Assembly: GCA_041395865.1 (NCBI GenBank)
Contig: JAWKZQ010000005.1
Coordinates: 1,679-65,678 of the forward strand
Length of the DNA: 64,000 nt
Reading direction: 5' to 3'
From: Pseudomonadales bacterium
Lineage (GTDB): Bacteria; Pseudomonadota; Gammaproteobacteria; Pseudomonadales; IMCC2047
Shown: positions 50,081 to 59,010 of the stretch, in pieces
How positions within the stretch are numbered: position 1 is the stretch's first letter
Layout: each line of letters starts with the position of its first letter
Translations under genes and position numbers: made by a program
Notes under the pieces: generated by a model
Told to the model about the DNA's origin: nothing
What the model saw: only the letters and a program-made list of their open reading frames with translations
Databases searched by the model: none

Positions 50081-52498
50081 TTATTTTTTTAAAGAGATAA
50101 TTTCACGCTTGTTCTCATTGCTTCTTTCTTCAACCGTTACGAACTGACTTAACTCAGGTTTGCAGCGCCAAAATGCTCTAACTTTTTTCTTTATATTTCT
50201 AATGCTTTCATCAGAATTATTGTTAGAAGATAGACCAATGTACTCCGGTAAAATAGATTCAATAAGGCTGTAAGATATTTCAATATCGGATTTAAGCAGA
50301 AGCTCTTCAACATCTTCGAAGGAAATATGACCTGCAAGTGAATTCTTGATTGATCTATAGAGTTCAAAAGTATTTAAGGTAAGAGATTGCAGCTCGGTAT
50401 TAGATGATAAAATTGGTTTTACTGACGTTAACATGGCACTAACCCAGAAACGCAGGTCCTTTGACTTAACACCAACACCGCTCATAAGTTTATTTTTATT
50501 GATCTGAGCTTTTTCAATTATTGAAATTGTCTCTGAGAGCATGGTTCCAACAATAAATAACCCCCAGTCAGTTAATCTCGTTGCGTCTTTTAATTGGAGA
50601 GTAATACCTATCAATACAGCAAGCTTCGATGTTTTGTTTTCGTTTGTTAAGCGGGGTGAGTTTTTGGGCTCAAACTTCCTTTGAGCATTATTTATATCGA
50701 CTCCAACAGAATGAATGAAAGCTTTCCAAGGGCTCAGCAGTTCAAAATCATTTAGTTTGTTGTCATCTTTAGACGAGACATGGGAAATGAGAAACTGGAT
50801 TAACGTCCAAGATAAGTTGCCTCCATATATCTCTAGAGAGTCATAAACACTTTTGAAAATAAAATTGCTGTTACCGCTCTCATTTATAAAATTTACTACC
50901 TCACTGTTAATTGAGTCAGATAAATCTTGAAGCTCTTTTGTAGACCATTGGGGTTTGCGAACTATGTACTCGGCCACAAGATACTCTTGGAAAGATCTAT
51001 GGGAGAAATAAAAGTAGTCGCCACCTTTTGACTCTAAAACACTCCCAAGTACTAACTCTCTGAGAGTGTCTTGATAGAATGGAGCATCTTCAACTTTTAT
51101 GGAAGACTCTGCAATTTCGGTATAGCTGAACCCACGCACTCCTCCTTTTTTCCATTGAGCCCAAGCCAAGTCTTCAATAAATTGCCTTCTTGTCGTTGAA
51201 TCAATATTTTTTCTAGAAGGTTTTTGTAATTCGCGCTCTAAAAATAAATCAACAAACTCTCGGTATAGCTGGTAACGATTGAAACTAGAAAGGTCTTCAG
51301 GCGTAGACACTGATAGCATCGATAACATTCGGGCATGAACAGGCCTAGATATTAGCTCAGTATATTTTTTATCAAGAATTTCTAACTTTCTTTTTTCGAT
51401 AAACTCTGGTGTGAGAAAGTCAGAGCTTCTTGTGGATCTTTCGCTGAATAAATAATTTAAATAACCAGAAACGAAACTCGACAGTTGTGCTCGATCAAAA
51501 TCACTCACTTGAATTTCAGAGTAATCCACCATTTCTGCAGATTTGAATTCTGTGGTGCCAACTTTTCTAATTCCGTGTAACACAGAAGCTTTTTCATCTT
51601 CTGATGTAAAAATGTTTGGCCTGCCAAGAATTATTACTTTTGAGCCGGAAACAACCAGCTGATTGAATTCGGACATCATTGCTCTGAAACTTGAAAATGA
51701 CATCGCATGTTTCATTTCATCAAATCCATCAAGGACTATTAAGAGACGGCCATGCCTGTTTAGCTCAAGAAACAGGGAGTATGAGAAACCCGGGACCTTG
51801 TATTTTGAAGAGAAGTATTTACAAATTAAGCCTTCGAGACCTTGCTCATTATAAATGTCGCCTAGTTTCAATAAGATAGGGATGCGTGTAGGCTCACCTT
51901 TCAAAAACTTATTTGCATATTCGAAAGCTAGTTTTTTAGCAAAACTTGTTTTTCCCATTCCGTAGCCAGCAAGAATCGCATTGGGAACGTTAGAGTTTGA
52001 TTCAATCCAGTCGTTAATCTTATTTTCTATATCATTTCCAATAGTGTCTTTTATTGAAACGTAATAGTTAGATAGCCCTTCGTTACTGAAATTGGCTTTT
52101 AGTTCTCTAAGATAATGTGAAAAGCTCATTAACCAGTCACTAAACTGGTCAAAAGTGAAATGCCTAACCCATTCGTGGGAACTTAATGTGTTTTTAACAG
52201 CTGGTGTTAGTGGTACATCAGTTATTATCAATAGATAGTCAAATTCCGGTTTGCATGGAATATAGTGACTAAGGATCATGGAGATGTCATCACGGCCTAA
52301 CGACTTGTTATAGGATTTGCACTCTACAACACACTTTTCAGTACCGTGAAAGCTGCTAGGCTGCTCAAAATAGACATCAACATTTTTTCCTGCGATTTCT
52401 TTTTCGGTAGTGCAATTATCTTTTTGTGCTGCTTTTACGAGACTAAAAACTGCGTCTCTTAATTTATTTCCTTTTTCGACACTGCTGGTCATTTGCAA
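50081..52498 (-). CDS. Mrr-like PD-(D/E)xK nuclease domain - NACHT (STAND) NTPase - unknown C-terminal domain protein; candidate antiviral STAND/bNACHT defence protein
   Basis: 805 aa in an AT-rich gene. The N-terminus matches the Mrr_cat pattern (GNKLRDAVFSLV...NVDVYFE...CVVECKSY...LLIITD...TPAV). Walker A AGYGMGKT (aa 177-184, nt 51947-51970). Walker B RLLIVLDGFDE (aa 251-261). NACHT/NLR winged-helix motif FSHRSFQEYLVAEY (aa 498-511). Confidence 0.8.
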   Translation of the reverse strand: MQMTSSVEKGNKLRDAVFSLVKAAQKDNCTTEKEIAGKNVDVYFEQPSSFHGTEKCVVECKSYNKSLGRDDISMILSHYIPCKPEFDYLLIITDVPLTPAVKNTLSSHEWVRHFTFDQFSDWLMSFSHYLRELKANFSNEGLSNYYVSIKDTIGNDIENKINDWIESNSNVPNAILAGYGMGKTSFAKKLAFEYANKFLKGEPTRIPILLKLGDIYNEQGLEGLICKYFSSKYKVPGFSYSLFLELNRHGRLLIVLDGFDEMKHAMSFSSFRAMMSEFNQLVVSGSKVIILGRPNIFTSEDEKASVLHGIRKVGTTEFKSAEMVDYSEIQVSDFDRAQLSSFVSGYLNYLFSERSTRSSDFLTPEFIEKRKLEILDKKYTELISRPVHARMLSMLSVSTPEDLSSFNRYQLYREFVDLFLERELQKPSRKNIDSTTRRQFIEDLAWAQWKKGGVRGFSYTEIAESSIKVEDAPFYQDTLRELVLGSVLESKGGDYFYFSHRSFQEYLVAEYIVRKPQWSTKELQDLSDSINSEVVNFINESGNSNFIFKSVYDSLEIYGGNLSWTLIQFLISHVSSKDDNKLNDFELLSPWKAFIHSVGVDINNAQRKFEPKNSPRLTNENKTSKLAVLIGITLQLKDATRLTDWGLFIVGTMLSETISIIEKAQINKNKLMSGVGVKSKDLRFWVSAMLTSVKPILSSNTELQSLTLNTFELYRSIKNSLAGHISFEDVEELLLKSDIEISYSLIESILPEYIGLSSNNNSDESIRNIKKKVRAFWRCKPELSQFVTVEERSNENKREIISLKK

Positions 52499-52635
52499 TC
52501 CATTTTTAATTAGCTATTTCTGAGCAACCGATAAAATCGATCCTACCCCTTAGTTTTCTGGTTATCCAGCCAAGAAGAAGTGTTTAATTATTTCATGTAT
52601 AATGCCCACCCTTATTACTTCCCTCGCAGCACACC

Positions 52636-54882
52636 ATGAAACCCGTTACCCCTCTTTATTCCTATCCCAAATACTGGGCTGAGTGCTACGGCACGGCGCC
52701 ATTTTTACCGATGACTCGTGCCGAGATGGACGCGCTGGGCTGGGATAGTTGCGACATTATTATCGTGACGGGCGATGCCTATGTGGATCATCCGAGTTTT
52801 GGCATGGCGGTGATCGGGCGGGTGCTGGAGGCGCAGGGTTTCCGTGTTGGCATTATTGCCCAACCGGATTGGCGCAGTAAGGATGCCTTTATGGAACTGG
52901 GGGAGCCGAACCTGTTCTTCGGTGTGGCGGCGGGTAACATGGATTCCATGATCAACCGCTACACAGCGGATCGTCGTTTACGACATGACGATGCCTACAC
53001 GCCGGATAATGTCGGCGGCAAGCGCCCGGATCGTGCGGTAACCGTCTATTCCCAGCGCTGTAAAGAGGCTTACAAACACGTGCCGGTGATTATCGGCGGC
53101 ATTGAGGCGAGCCTGCGTCGTCTGGCGCATTACGATTACTGGGACGACACGGTGCGTCGTTCGGTGCTGCATGACGCTACGGCGGATATGCTGGTGTTCG
53201 GTAATGCCGAGCGGGCCATCTGTGAAATTGCCGACCGCCTGTCGCGCGGTACGCCTGTCGAGGAAATGACGGATATTCGCGGTACCGCCTTTTTCCGCGA
53301 TCAGTTGCCTGAGGGCTGGGAAGAAATTGACTCCACACGGGTGGATACACCGGGCAAGGTCGACAAACTGGTCAGCCCCTATGTGGATACCTCCGCCAAG
53401 ACCAGTAACTGTGCCAAGGAGGAAAGCGCGGGTTATGATGCCGAGGCGGATTCCGATGCCGAATCCGATTTTGAAGGCGCTCAGGTGGTTACCATCCTGC
53501 CGTCGACGGCGGCCGTAAAAAGCGATCCGGAGACCAGTTATATCCGCTTGCCGGCCTATGAAAAGGTGCGAAACGATCCGGTTTTATACGCCCATGTGTC
53601 GCGTATTTTTCACCGCGAAACCAACCCCGGCAATGCGCGGGCGTTGGTGCAGCTCCATGGCAAGCGCAACCTGTGGCTGAACCCGCCGCCAATTCCGCTC
53701 ACCACTGAGGAAATGGACTGGGTTTTCGATTTCGACTACCAGCGGGTGCCGCACCCGGCCTACGGCGATGCGCGCATTCCGGCTTATGAAATGATCCGTT
53801 TCTCGGTGAATATCATGCGCGGCTGTTTCGGCGGCTGTACCTTCTGCTCTATTACCGAGCACGAGGGGCGTATTATCCAGAGCCGTTCGGAGGAGTCCAT
53901 CCTCAAGGAAATTGAAACCATGCGCGACCGGGTGCCGGGCTTTACCGGTACCGTGTCGGATTTGGGCGGCCCTACGGCCAATATGTATCGCCTGAATTGC
54001 AAGAGTAAGGAAATCGAGGAAAGCTGCCGTCGGCCATCCTGTGTGTACCCGACCATTTGTAAAAACCTCAATACCGATCACAGCCCGACTACGCAGTTGT
54101 ACCGTAAGGCGCGTGATATCAAGGGCGTGAAGCGGGTCGCGATTGCCTCCGGCTTGCGTTACGACCTGGCGGTGGAAGATCCGGAATACGTGCGCGAATT
54201 GGTGACGCACCATGTGGGCGGCTACCTGAAAATCGCGCCGGAGCACACCGAAGACGGGCCGTTGACTAAAATGATGAAGCCGGGCATGGGTACCTATGAC
54301 CGTTTCAAACAAATGTTCGAGCAGTTCTCCCGAGAGGCCGGCAAGGAGCAATACCTGATTCCCTACTTCATTGCCGCCCACCCCGGTACGCGCGATGATG
54401 ACATGCTGAACCTGGCGCTGTGGTTGAAGAAAAATAAATTCCGCCTGGATCAGGTGCAGAACTTCTATCCGTCGCCGATGGCCACCGCAACGGCGATGTA
54501 CCATAGCGAGCGTAACCCCTTGAAAAAGGTGGGTTATAAGAGTGAGCATGTGTCCACGCCCAAGACGAAGGCTCAGCGTCAGTTGCACAAGGCCTTCCTG
54601 CGTTACCATGACCCGGCAAACTGGGACATGCTGCGCGAGGCGTTGAAACGAATGGGACGCGCAGACCTGATCGGCAGCGGCAAGCATCAGTTGGTGCCCG
54701 CCGAGCAGAAGGGCCGCCGTAGCAGTAATGCGCAAAAGCCGGGCGGTAAATATCGTGCTGCGCTGACGCAGCATACCGGTTTGCCGCCGCGCAAACCGGG
54801 CAAAAAAGCAGGAAACAGTGGCTCAAAAGCAGCGCCGAAAGCCGGGCGTAAACGTGCGCCGGTTAAATCGGGGCGGCGCTAA
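52636..54882 (+). CDS. ygiQ: YgiQ family radical SAM protein (UPF0313)
   Basis: 748 aa. Radical-SAM cluster motif [13 protein letters not shown], a YgiQ-like N-domain and a basic Lys/Arg/Pro-rich C-terminal tail. Confidence 0.88.
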   Translation: MKPVTPLYSYPKYWAECYGTAPFLPMTRAEMDALGWDSCDIIIVTGDAYVDHPSFGMAVIGRVLEAQGFRVGIIAQPDWRSKDAFMELGEPNLFFGVAAGNMDSMINRYTADRRLRHDDAYTPDNVGGKRPDRAVTVYSQRCKEAYKHVPVIIGGIEASLRRLAHYDYWDDTVRRSVLHDATADMLVFGNAERAICEIADRLSRGTPVEEMTDIRGTAFFRDQLPEGWEEIDSTRVDTPGKVDKLVSPYVDTSAKTSNCAKEESAGYDAEADSDAESDFEGAQVVTILPSTAAVKSDPETSYIRLPAYEKVRNDPVLYAHVSRIFHRETNPGNARALVQLHGKRNLWLNPPPIPLTTEEMDWVFDFDYQRVPHPAYGDARIPAYEMIRFSVNIMRGCFGGCTFCSITEHEGRIIQSRSEESILKEIETMRDRVPGFTGTVSDLGGPTANMYRLNCKSKEIEESCRRPSCVYPTICKNLNTDHSPTTQLYRKARDIKGVKRVAIASGLRYDLAVEDPEYVRELVTHHVGGYLKIAPEHTEDGPLTKMMKPGMGTYDRFKQMFEQFSREAGKEQYLIPYFIAAHPGTRDDDMLNLALWLKKNKFRLDQVQNFYPSPMATATAMYHSERNPLKKVGYKSEHVSTPKTKAQRQLHKAFLRYHDPANWDMLREALKRMGRADLIGSGKHQLVPAEQKGRRSSNAQKPGGKYRAALTQHTGLPPRKPGKKAGNSGSKAAPKAGRKRAPVKSGRR

Positions 54883-54890
54883 AGCGCGCT

Positions 54891-56441
54891 TTAAGCTTTG
54901 CCGGGCTTGCTTTCGGCGTAAAGGCGGGCCGGGCTTCTCAGGCAAATCGCGACCAGGGTTGCGCACAGCAGCAATACCGGCCAGGAGCCGGTGTGCGAGA
55001 AAGGCGTACGCCCCGAGACAATCCATACGTCACCAGACAGGTTTTCCTTCACAAAGGATTCGGCGCGTGCCGTTATTTGCCCGTGGTGGTCAATAATGGC
55101 AGTAACGCCGGTATTGGTGCCGCGCATCAGGTAGCGTCCGTTCTCAAGCGCACGCATCCGTGCCATTTGCAGGTGTTGCAGTGGGCCGGCGGAGGTGCCG
55201 AACCAACTGTCGTCACTGATGGTGAGTAATAGATGGCTGTGCTTGGCGAGGTCACGCACAAAGTCCGGGTAGACGATTTCGTAGCAGATAAAGGGTGAAA
55301 CCGTTAATTCCTCACCGTGAGCCTTCGCGATAAGCGGGCTCTGTTCAGCCGGGCCGGTCCGGAAGGTGGACATGGGCAGGTTGAAGAAGTTGATCAGGCC
55401 GCGCAACAGGCTTTGCAGCGGTACATATTCGCCGAAGGGGACCAGCTTCTGCTTGTGATAAACGCCGTTCCCTGTGCCCAGCGCCGTGATGCTGTTGTGC
55501 AGTATCTCGTCGCCGTTATCGTCCCTGTGTCGCCAGGGAATGCCGGTGATAAGTGTTGTGCCGGATTGCCGGGTCAGGGCATCCATCTCGTCCAAAAAGG
55601 GTTTTGCCTGGTCCTGCAGGAGCGGCACCGCATTTTCCGGCCAGATGACCAGGTCGCTATCCAGGCTCAGGCGGGTTTGCATGTAGAGCTGGTTCAGGGT
55701 TTTGTTGCGCTGTTCGGGCTTCCATTTCACGTCCTGCGTGATGTTGGGTTGCAACAGGGTGACGCTGATGGGCTGCCCCTGTGGCTGTGTCCAGCTGACC
55801 TGGCTGAGCAGCAAGGCGCCAAGCCAGGGAAGCATGAACAGGCTGGCATAGAGCGCAAAGTAGCGGTCGAGCTGCTGGCCCCTAAACTGGCTAAGCATCA
55901 GATACAGGCTGCTGGCTGAGAGAGCGACAATAAAACTGATGCCGTAGGTGCCCAGCACCGGTGCCCAGTACGCCAGTGCGGTATCCGTGTGGGCGTAACC
56001 GCTGAGCAACCAGGGAAATCCGGTCAACAACCAGCTGCGCAGCCACTCGAAAAGAACCCACAGGGCTGGAAAGCCAAGCAATGCCCCCCAGCATTTCCCC
56101 CTGAACAGGCGGGCAAAGGTGTAGCCGAAGGAGGCCGTAAAAAGCAGGGCGAGTCCGGCGACAAACAGCAGGGTGAGGCCGCCGGCGAGCGGAGGCGCGG
56201 CGTAGCCGTAATCATGAATGCTGTGGTAAACCCAGGAAACGCCGGCCCCGTAAAGGCCAAGGCCGTAAAGCCAGCCGAGCAGGAAGCCGCGTTTAGGGCG
56301 GGCTTGCTGTAAACAGGCGAGTAACAGCAGCAGGGAAATAATGCCCAGCGGCCACCAGCCGTAGGGGGCCAGGGCAAAGGGTGCGAATGCGCCGGCAGCC
56401 GGTGCAAGCAGGTAGCACCACTTTGCAGGGAAGGGTTGCAT
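54891..56441 (-). CDS. lnt: Apolipoprotein N-acyltransferase
   Basis: 516 aa. Polytopic N-terminal half plus a C-terminal CN-hydrolase domain (ICYEIVYPD). Conserved lnt-corC-ybeY-ybeZ-miaB order. Confidence 0.92.
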   Translation of the reverse strand: MQPFPAKWCYLLAPAAGAFAPFALAPYGWWPLGIISLLLLLACLQQARPKRGFLLGWLYGLGLYGAGVSWVYHSIHDYGYAAPPLAGGLTLLFVAGLALLFTASFGYTFARLFRGKCWGALLGFPALWVLFEWLRSWLLTGFPWLLSGYAHTDTALAYWAPVLGTYGISFIVALSASSLYLMLSQFRGQQLDRYFALYASLFMLPWLGALLLSQVSWTQPQGQPISVTLLQPNITQDVKWKPEQRNKTLNQLYMQTRLSLDSDLVIWPENAVPLLQDQAKPFLDEMDALTRQSGTTLITGIPWRHRDDNGDEILHNSITALGTGNGVYHKQKLVPFGEYVPLQSLLRGLINFFNLPMSTFRTGPAEQSPLIAKAHGEELTVSPFICYEIVYPDFVRDLAKHSHLLLTISDDSWFGTSAGPLQHLQMARMRALENGRYLMRGTNTGVTAIIDHHGQITARAESFVKENLSGDVWIVSGRTPFSHTGSWPVLLLCATLVAICLRSPARLYAESKPGKA

Positions 56442-56447
56442 CAGTCG

Positions 56448-57296
56448 CTAGTTATGGACGGGGGCAACCTGTAGGACCCGGATGCGGCGTTTGTCGGAGG
56501 TCAGCACCTTAAACTTCAGCCCGGCAATTTCAATGCTTTCGTTGCGGCTGGGAAGGCGGCCGAAATGCTGCATCACAATGCCGCCAATGGTGTCGAACTC
56601 CTCGTCGCTAAATTCCAGGTTGAAGTGTTCGTTAAACTCTTCGATGGGCGTGAGGGCGTTGACCAGTGTCTGGCCGTGTTCAATCGGGCGGATGAAGGCG
56701 TCCTCTTCATCGGTATCGTATTCATCTTCAATCTCGCCGACGATTTCCTCCAATACGTCCTCAATGGTAATCAGACCGGAAATACCGCCATATTCATCGA
56801 CGACAACGGCCATGTGGTAGCGGCTGGTGCGGAATTCATTAAGCAGTTGAGTCAGGCGTTTGCTTTCCGGGATGACTGTCGCAGCGCGCAAAATGTCCTT
56901 AACTTTGAATTTTTCCGCGTTGTTGCTGAGGATAAGCGGTAGCAAATCCTTGGCGAGCAGAATGCCGACGACTTCATCCGGATTGTCGCCAATGACCGGA
57001 AAGCGGGAGTGGCCGGAGTCGATGATTTTGGGAAGAAACTCCGCCGGGCTGTCGGCTTCCTTGACGACCACCATTTGTGGGCGGGGGATCATGACATCCC
57101 GCACCTGCAGGTCGGAAATTTCAATGGCGCCTTCGATGATGTTGAAGGCGATGCTGTCCAGCAGGTGGTTGTCCTGGGCCTGACGCAGAAACTCACGGAC
57201 GTCTTCAGGGTTTTTGGGCTCGGTACTGAAAGCCCGGGAAAGTTTATCAAGCCAGGAGCTGCTTTCCTGACTCTTGCTCGAATTCTCGTCGCTCAT
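56448..57296 (-). CDS. corC: CorC/HlyC family magnesium-cobalt efflux-associated protein (CBS pair + CorC_HlyC domain)
   Basis: 282 aa. CBS pair (VRDVMIPR...) and a transporter-associated C-domain. Conserved position. Confidence 0.9.
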   Translation of the reverse strand: MSDENSSKSQESSSWLDKLSRAFSTEPKNPEDVREFLRQAQDNHLLDSIAFNIIEGAIEISDLQVRDVMIPRPQMVVVKEADSPAEFLPKIIDSGHSRFPVIGDNPDEVVGILLAKDLLPLILSNNAEKFKVKDILRAATVIPESKRLTQLLNEFRTSRYHMAVVVDEYGGISGLITIEDVLEEIVGEIEDEYDTDEEDAFIRPIEHGQTLVNALTPIEEFNEHFNLEFSDEEFDTIGGIVMQHFGRLPSRNESIEIAGLKFKVLTSDKRRIRVLQVAPVHN

Positions 57297-57775
57297 GATG
57301 GCTCTTGGTAAGGGTTGGGAAAGGCCAGTTGATTCAGTAGCTGGATCTCCAGACTTTCCATTTCTTCCGCTTCTTCATCGCTCAGGTGGTCATAGCCTAA
57401 CAGATGGAGTACGCCGTGTACCACCATATGTGCCCAGTGCGCACGCTGGGTTTTTTGCTGCTGTTCGGCTTCGCGATTGACGACCTGTGCACAGATAACA
57501 ATGTCGCCCAGCATTTGCCGGGCTTCTTCTTCCGGCAGGCCCGGGGGTGCTTCAAAGGGAAAGGAAAGCACATTGGTAGGGCCGGCCTTGTGGCGGTAGG
57601 TCTCGTTCAGTTCGCTGATGGACGCTTCATCGACCACCTGAATGCTCAGTTCGGGAAAAGACTCGGTGTCCAGCTGGTTGCTCAGTACACAGGTTACCCA
57701 TGCCTGAATGTCAGATGCATCAGGCACGCCGGTGGCGCCGCTGACATCAGCGAAATCGAGGTTTGAATGGTTCAT
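57293..57775 (-). CDS. ybeY: rRNA maturation endoribonuclease YbeY
   Basis: 160 aa. Zinc motif HGVLHLLGYDH. Confidence 0.95.
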   Translation of the reverse strand: MNHSNLDFADVSGATGVPDASDIQAWVTCVLSNQLDTESFPELSIQVVDEASISELNETYRHKAGPTNVLSFPFEAPPGLPEEEARQMLGDIVICAQVVNREAEQQQKTQRAHWAHMVVHGVLHLLGYDHLSDEEAEEMESLEIQLLNQLAFPNPYQEPS

Positions 57776-57781
57776 GTTCGG

Positions 57782-58828
57782 CTATTTCCGCTCGGACGGG
57801 TCCTGATTGTGATTGGGGCTGTCGCCGGTCGCTTCGTCGTGGCTGTCATAGGCCTCAACAATACGTTGCACCAGGGTGTGACGAACCACATCCTGAGCCT
57901 TGAAGTAGGTGAAGCCGATTTCCTTGATGCCGTCCAGCACCTCAATAGCATGCACCAGGCCGGATTTTTTACCTTGAGGCAAGTCAATCTGCGAAGCGTC
58001 GCCGGTAATCACTGCGTGAGAGCCGAAGCCGATGCGGGTCAGGAACATTTTCATTTGTTCCTTGGTGGTGTTCTGGCTTTCATCGAGAATAATAAAGGCA
58101 TCGTTCAGCGTGCGGCCGCGCATATAGGCCAGCGGAGCCACTTCAATGATATTCCGCTCGATCAGGCGATCCACCTTTTCAAATCCGAGCATTTCGTAGA
58201 GGGCGTCGTAGAGGGGGCGTAGATAAGGGTCTACTTTTTGGGCCAGGTCGCCAGGCAGGAAGCCCAGCTTCTCGCCAGCCTCTACGGCCGGGCGCACCAG
58301 CACGATACGGCGTACCTCGTCCTTTTCCAGCGCATTGACGGCGCAGGCCACGGCGAGATAGGTTTTGCCGGTACCGGCCGGGCCAATACCAAAATTCACA
58401 TCGAGCTGGTGGATGCTGCGCACGTATTTGCGTTGGTTTTCGCCACGCGGTTTGATGACGCTGCGTTTGGTATTGATAACCCAGTCTTTTTCGCCTGAGG
58501 AGGGATCGTCGAAGGACGGTGTCTTGCTACCATTGGTATCACCATTAGCGCCAGCGTCCTGCAAGGCCAGGTGAACCTCGTTTGGTGTCAGCATGATGTC
58601 ATTGCCGGTCGAGCGGTAAAGCTTTTCCAGTACATCGCTGGCGGTCGCAACGCTCTCGGTATCCCCGGAGAGTTGGAATTTACTGCCGCGGTTATGGATT
58701 TCAATACCCAGTCGGTTTTCAATCAGTTTGATGTGCTCGTCGAGTTCGCCGCATAAGTTGGCCAGACGGCGATTATCTTCAGGTTTGAGTGACAGGCTCT
58801 GAGTTGCTGTCTGCAGGTTGGTAGCCAA
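57782..58828 (-). CDS. ybeZ: PhoH-like ATPase (YbeZ)
   Basis: 348 aa. Walker A GPAGTGKTYLA and a PhoH family body. Apparent TTG start. Confidence 0.9.
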   Translation of the reverse strand: MATNLQTATQSLSLKPEDNRRLANLCGELDEHIKLIENRLGIEIHNRGSKFQLSGDTESVATASDVLEKLYRSTGNDIMLTPNEVHLALQDAGANGDTNGSKTPSFDDPSSGEKDWVINTKRSVIKPRGENQRKYVRSIHQLDVNFGIGPAGTGKTYLAVACAVNALEKDEVRRIVLVRPAVEAGEKLGFLPGDLAQKVDPYLRPLYDALYEMLGFEKVDRLIERNIIEVAPLAYMRGRTLNDAFIILDESQNTTKEQMKMFLTRIGFGSHAVITGDASQIDLPQGKKSGLVHAIEVLDGIKEIGFTYFKAQDVVRHTLVQRIVEAYDSHDEATGDSPNHNQDPSERK

Positions 58829-58923
58829 GGTGGTTTCTTTCTCTCCGTATAAGGGCGTTACTGTCAGTATAGTGGGTTAAAGGGGCTATTTCACTAGTTA
58901 TGCATTGCGGCGTAACGAGGTTT

Positions 58924-58954
58924 ATCAGCCTGAAAAGAGAGGTAACAGGCTGAT
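58924..58954 (-). terminator. Hairpin downstream of miaB (possible terminator)
   Basis: 9-bp stem ATCAGCCTG / CAGGCTGAT with a 13-nt loop. No good U-tract on the minus strand. Confidence 0.3.
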
Positions 58955-59010
58955 TTTAAAGACATATAACCAATGCGTGCCAGTGAGCGGGGTTGATAGA
59001 CGAAATTGCT

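Noticed and set aside
50079-50086. The 8-bp direct repeat AATTATTT flanking the NACHT islet (second copy at 52586-52593) as a possible target-site duplication.
   Set aside because: An 8-mer made only of A/T is expected by chance in about 2.5 kb of AT-rich DNA. The left copy overlaps the gene's own stop codon, and there is no associated recombinase or terminal inverted repeat.
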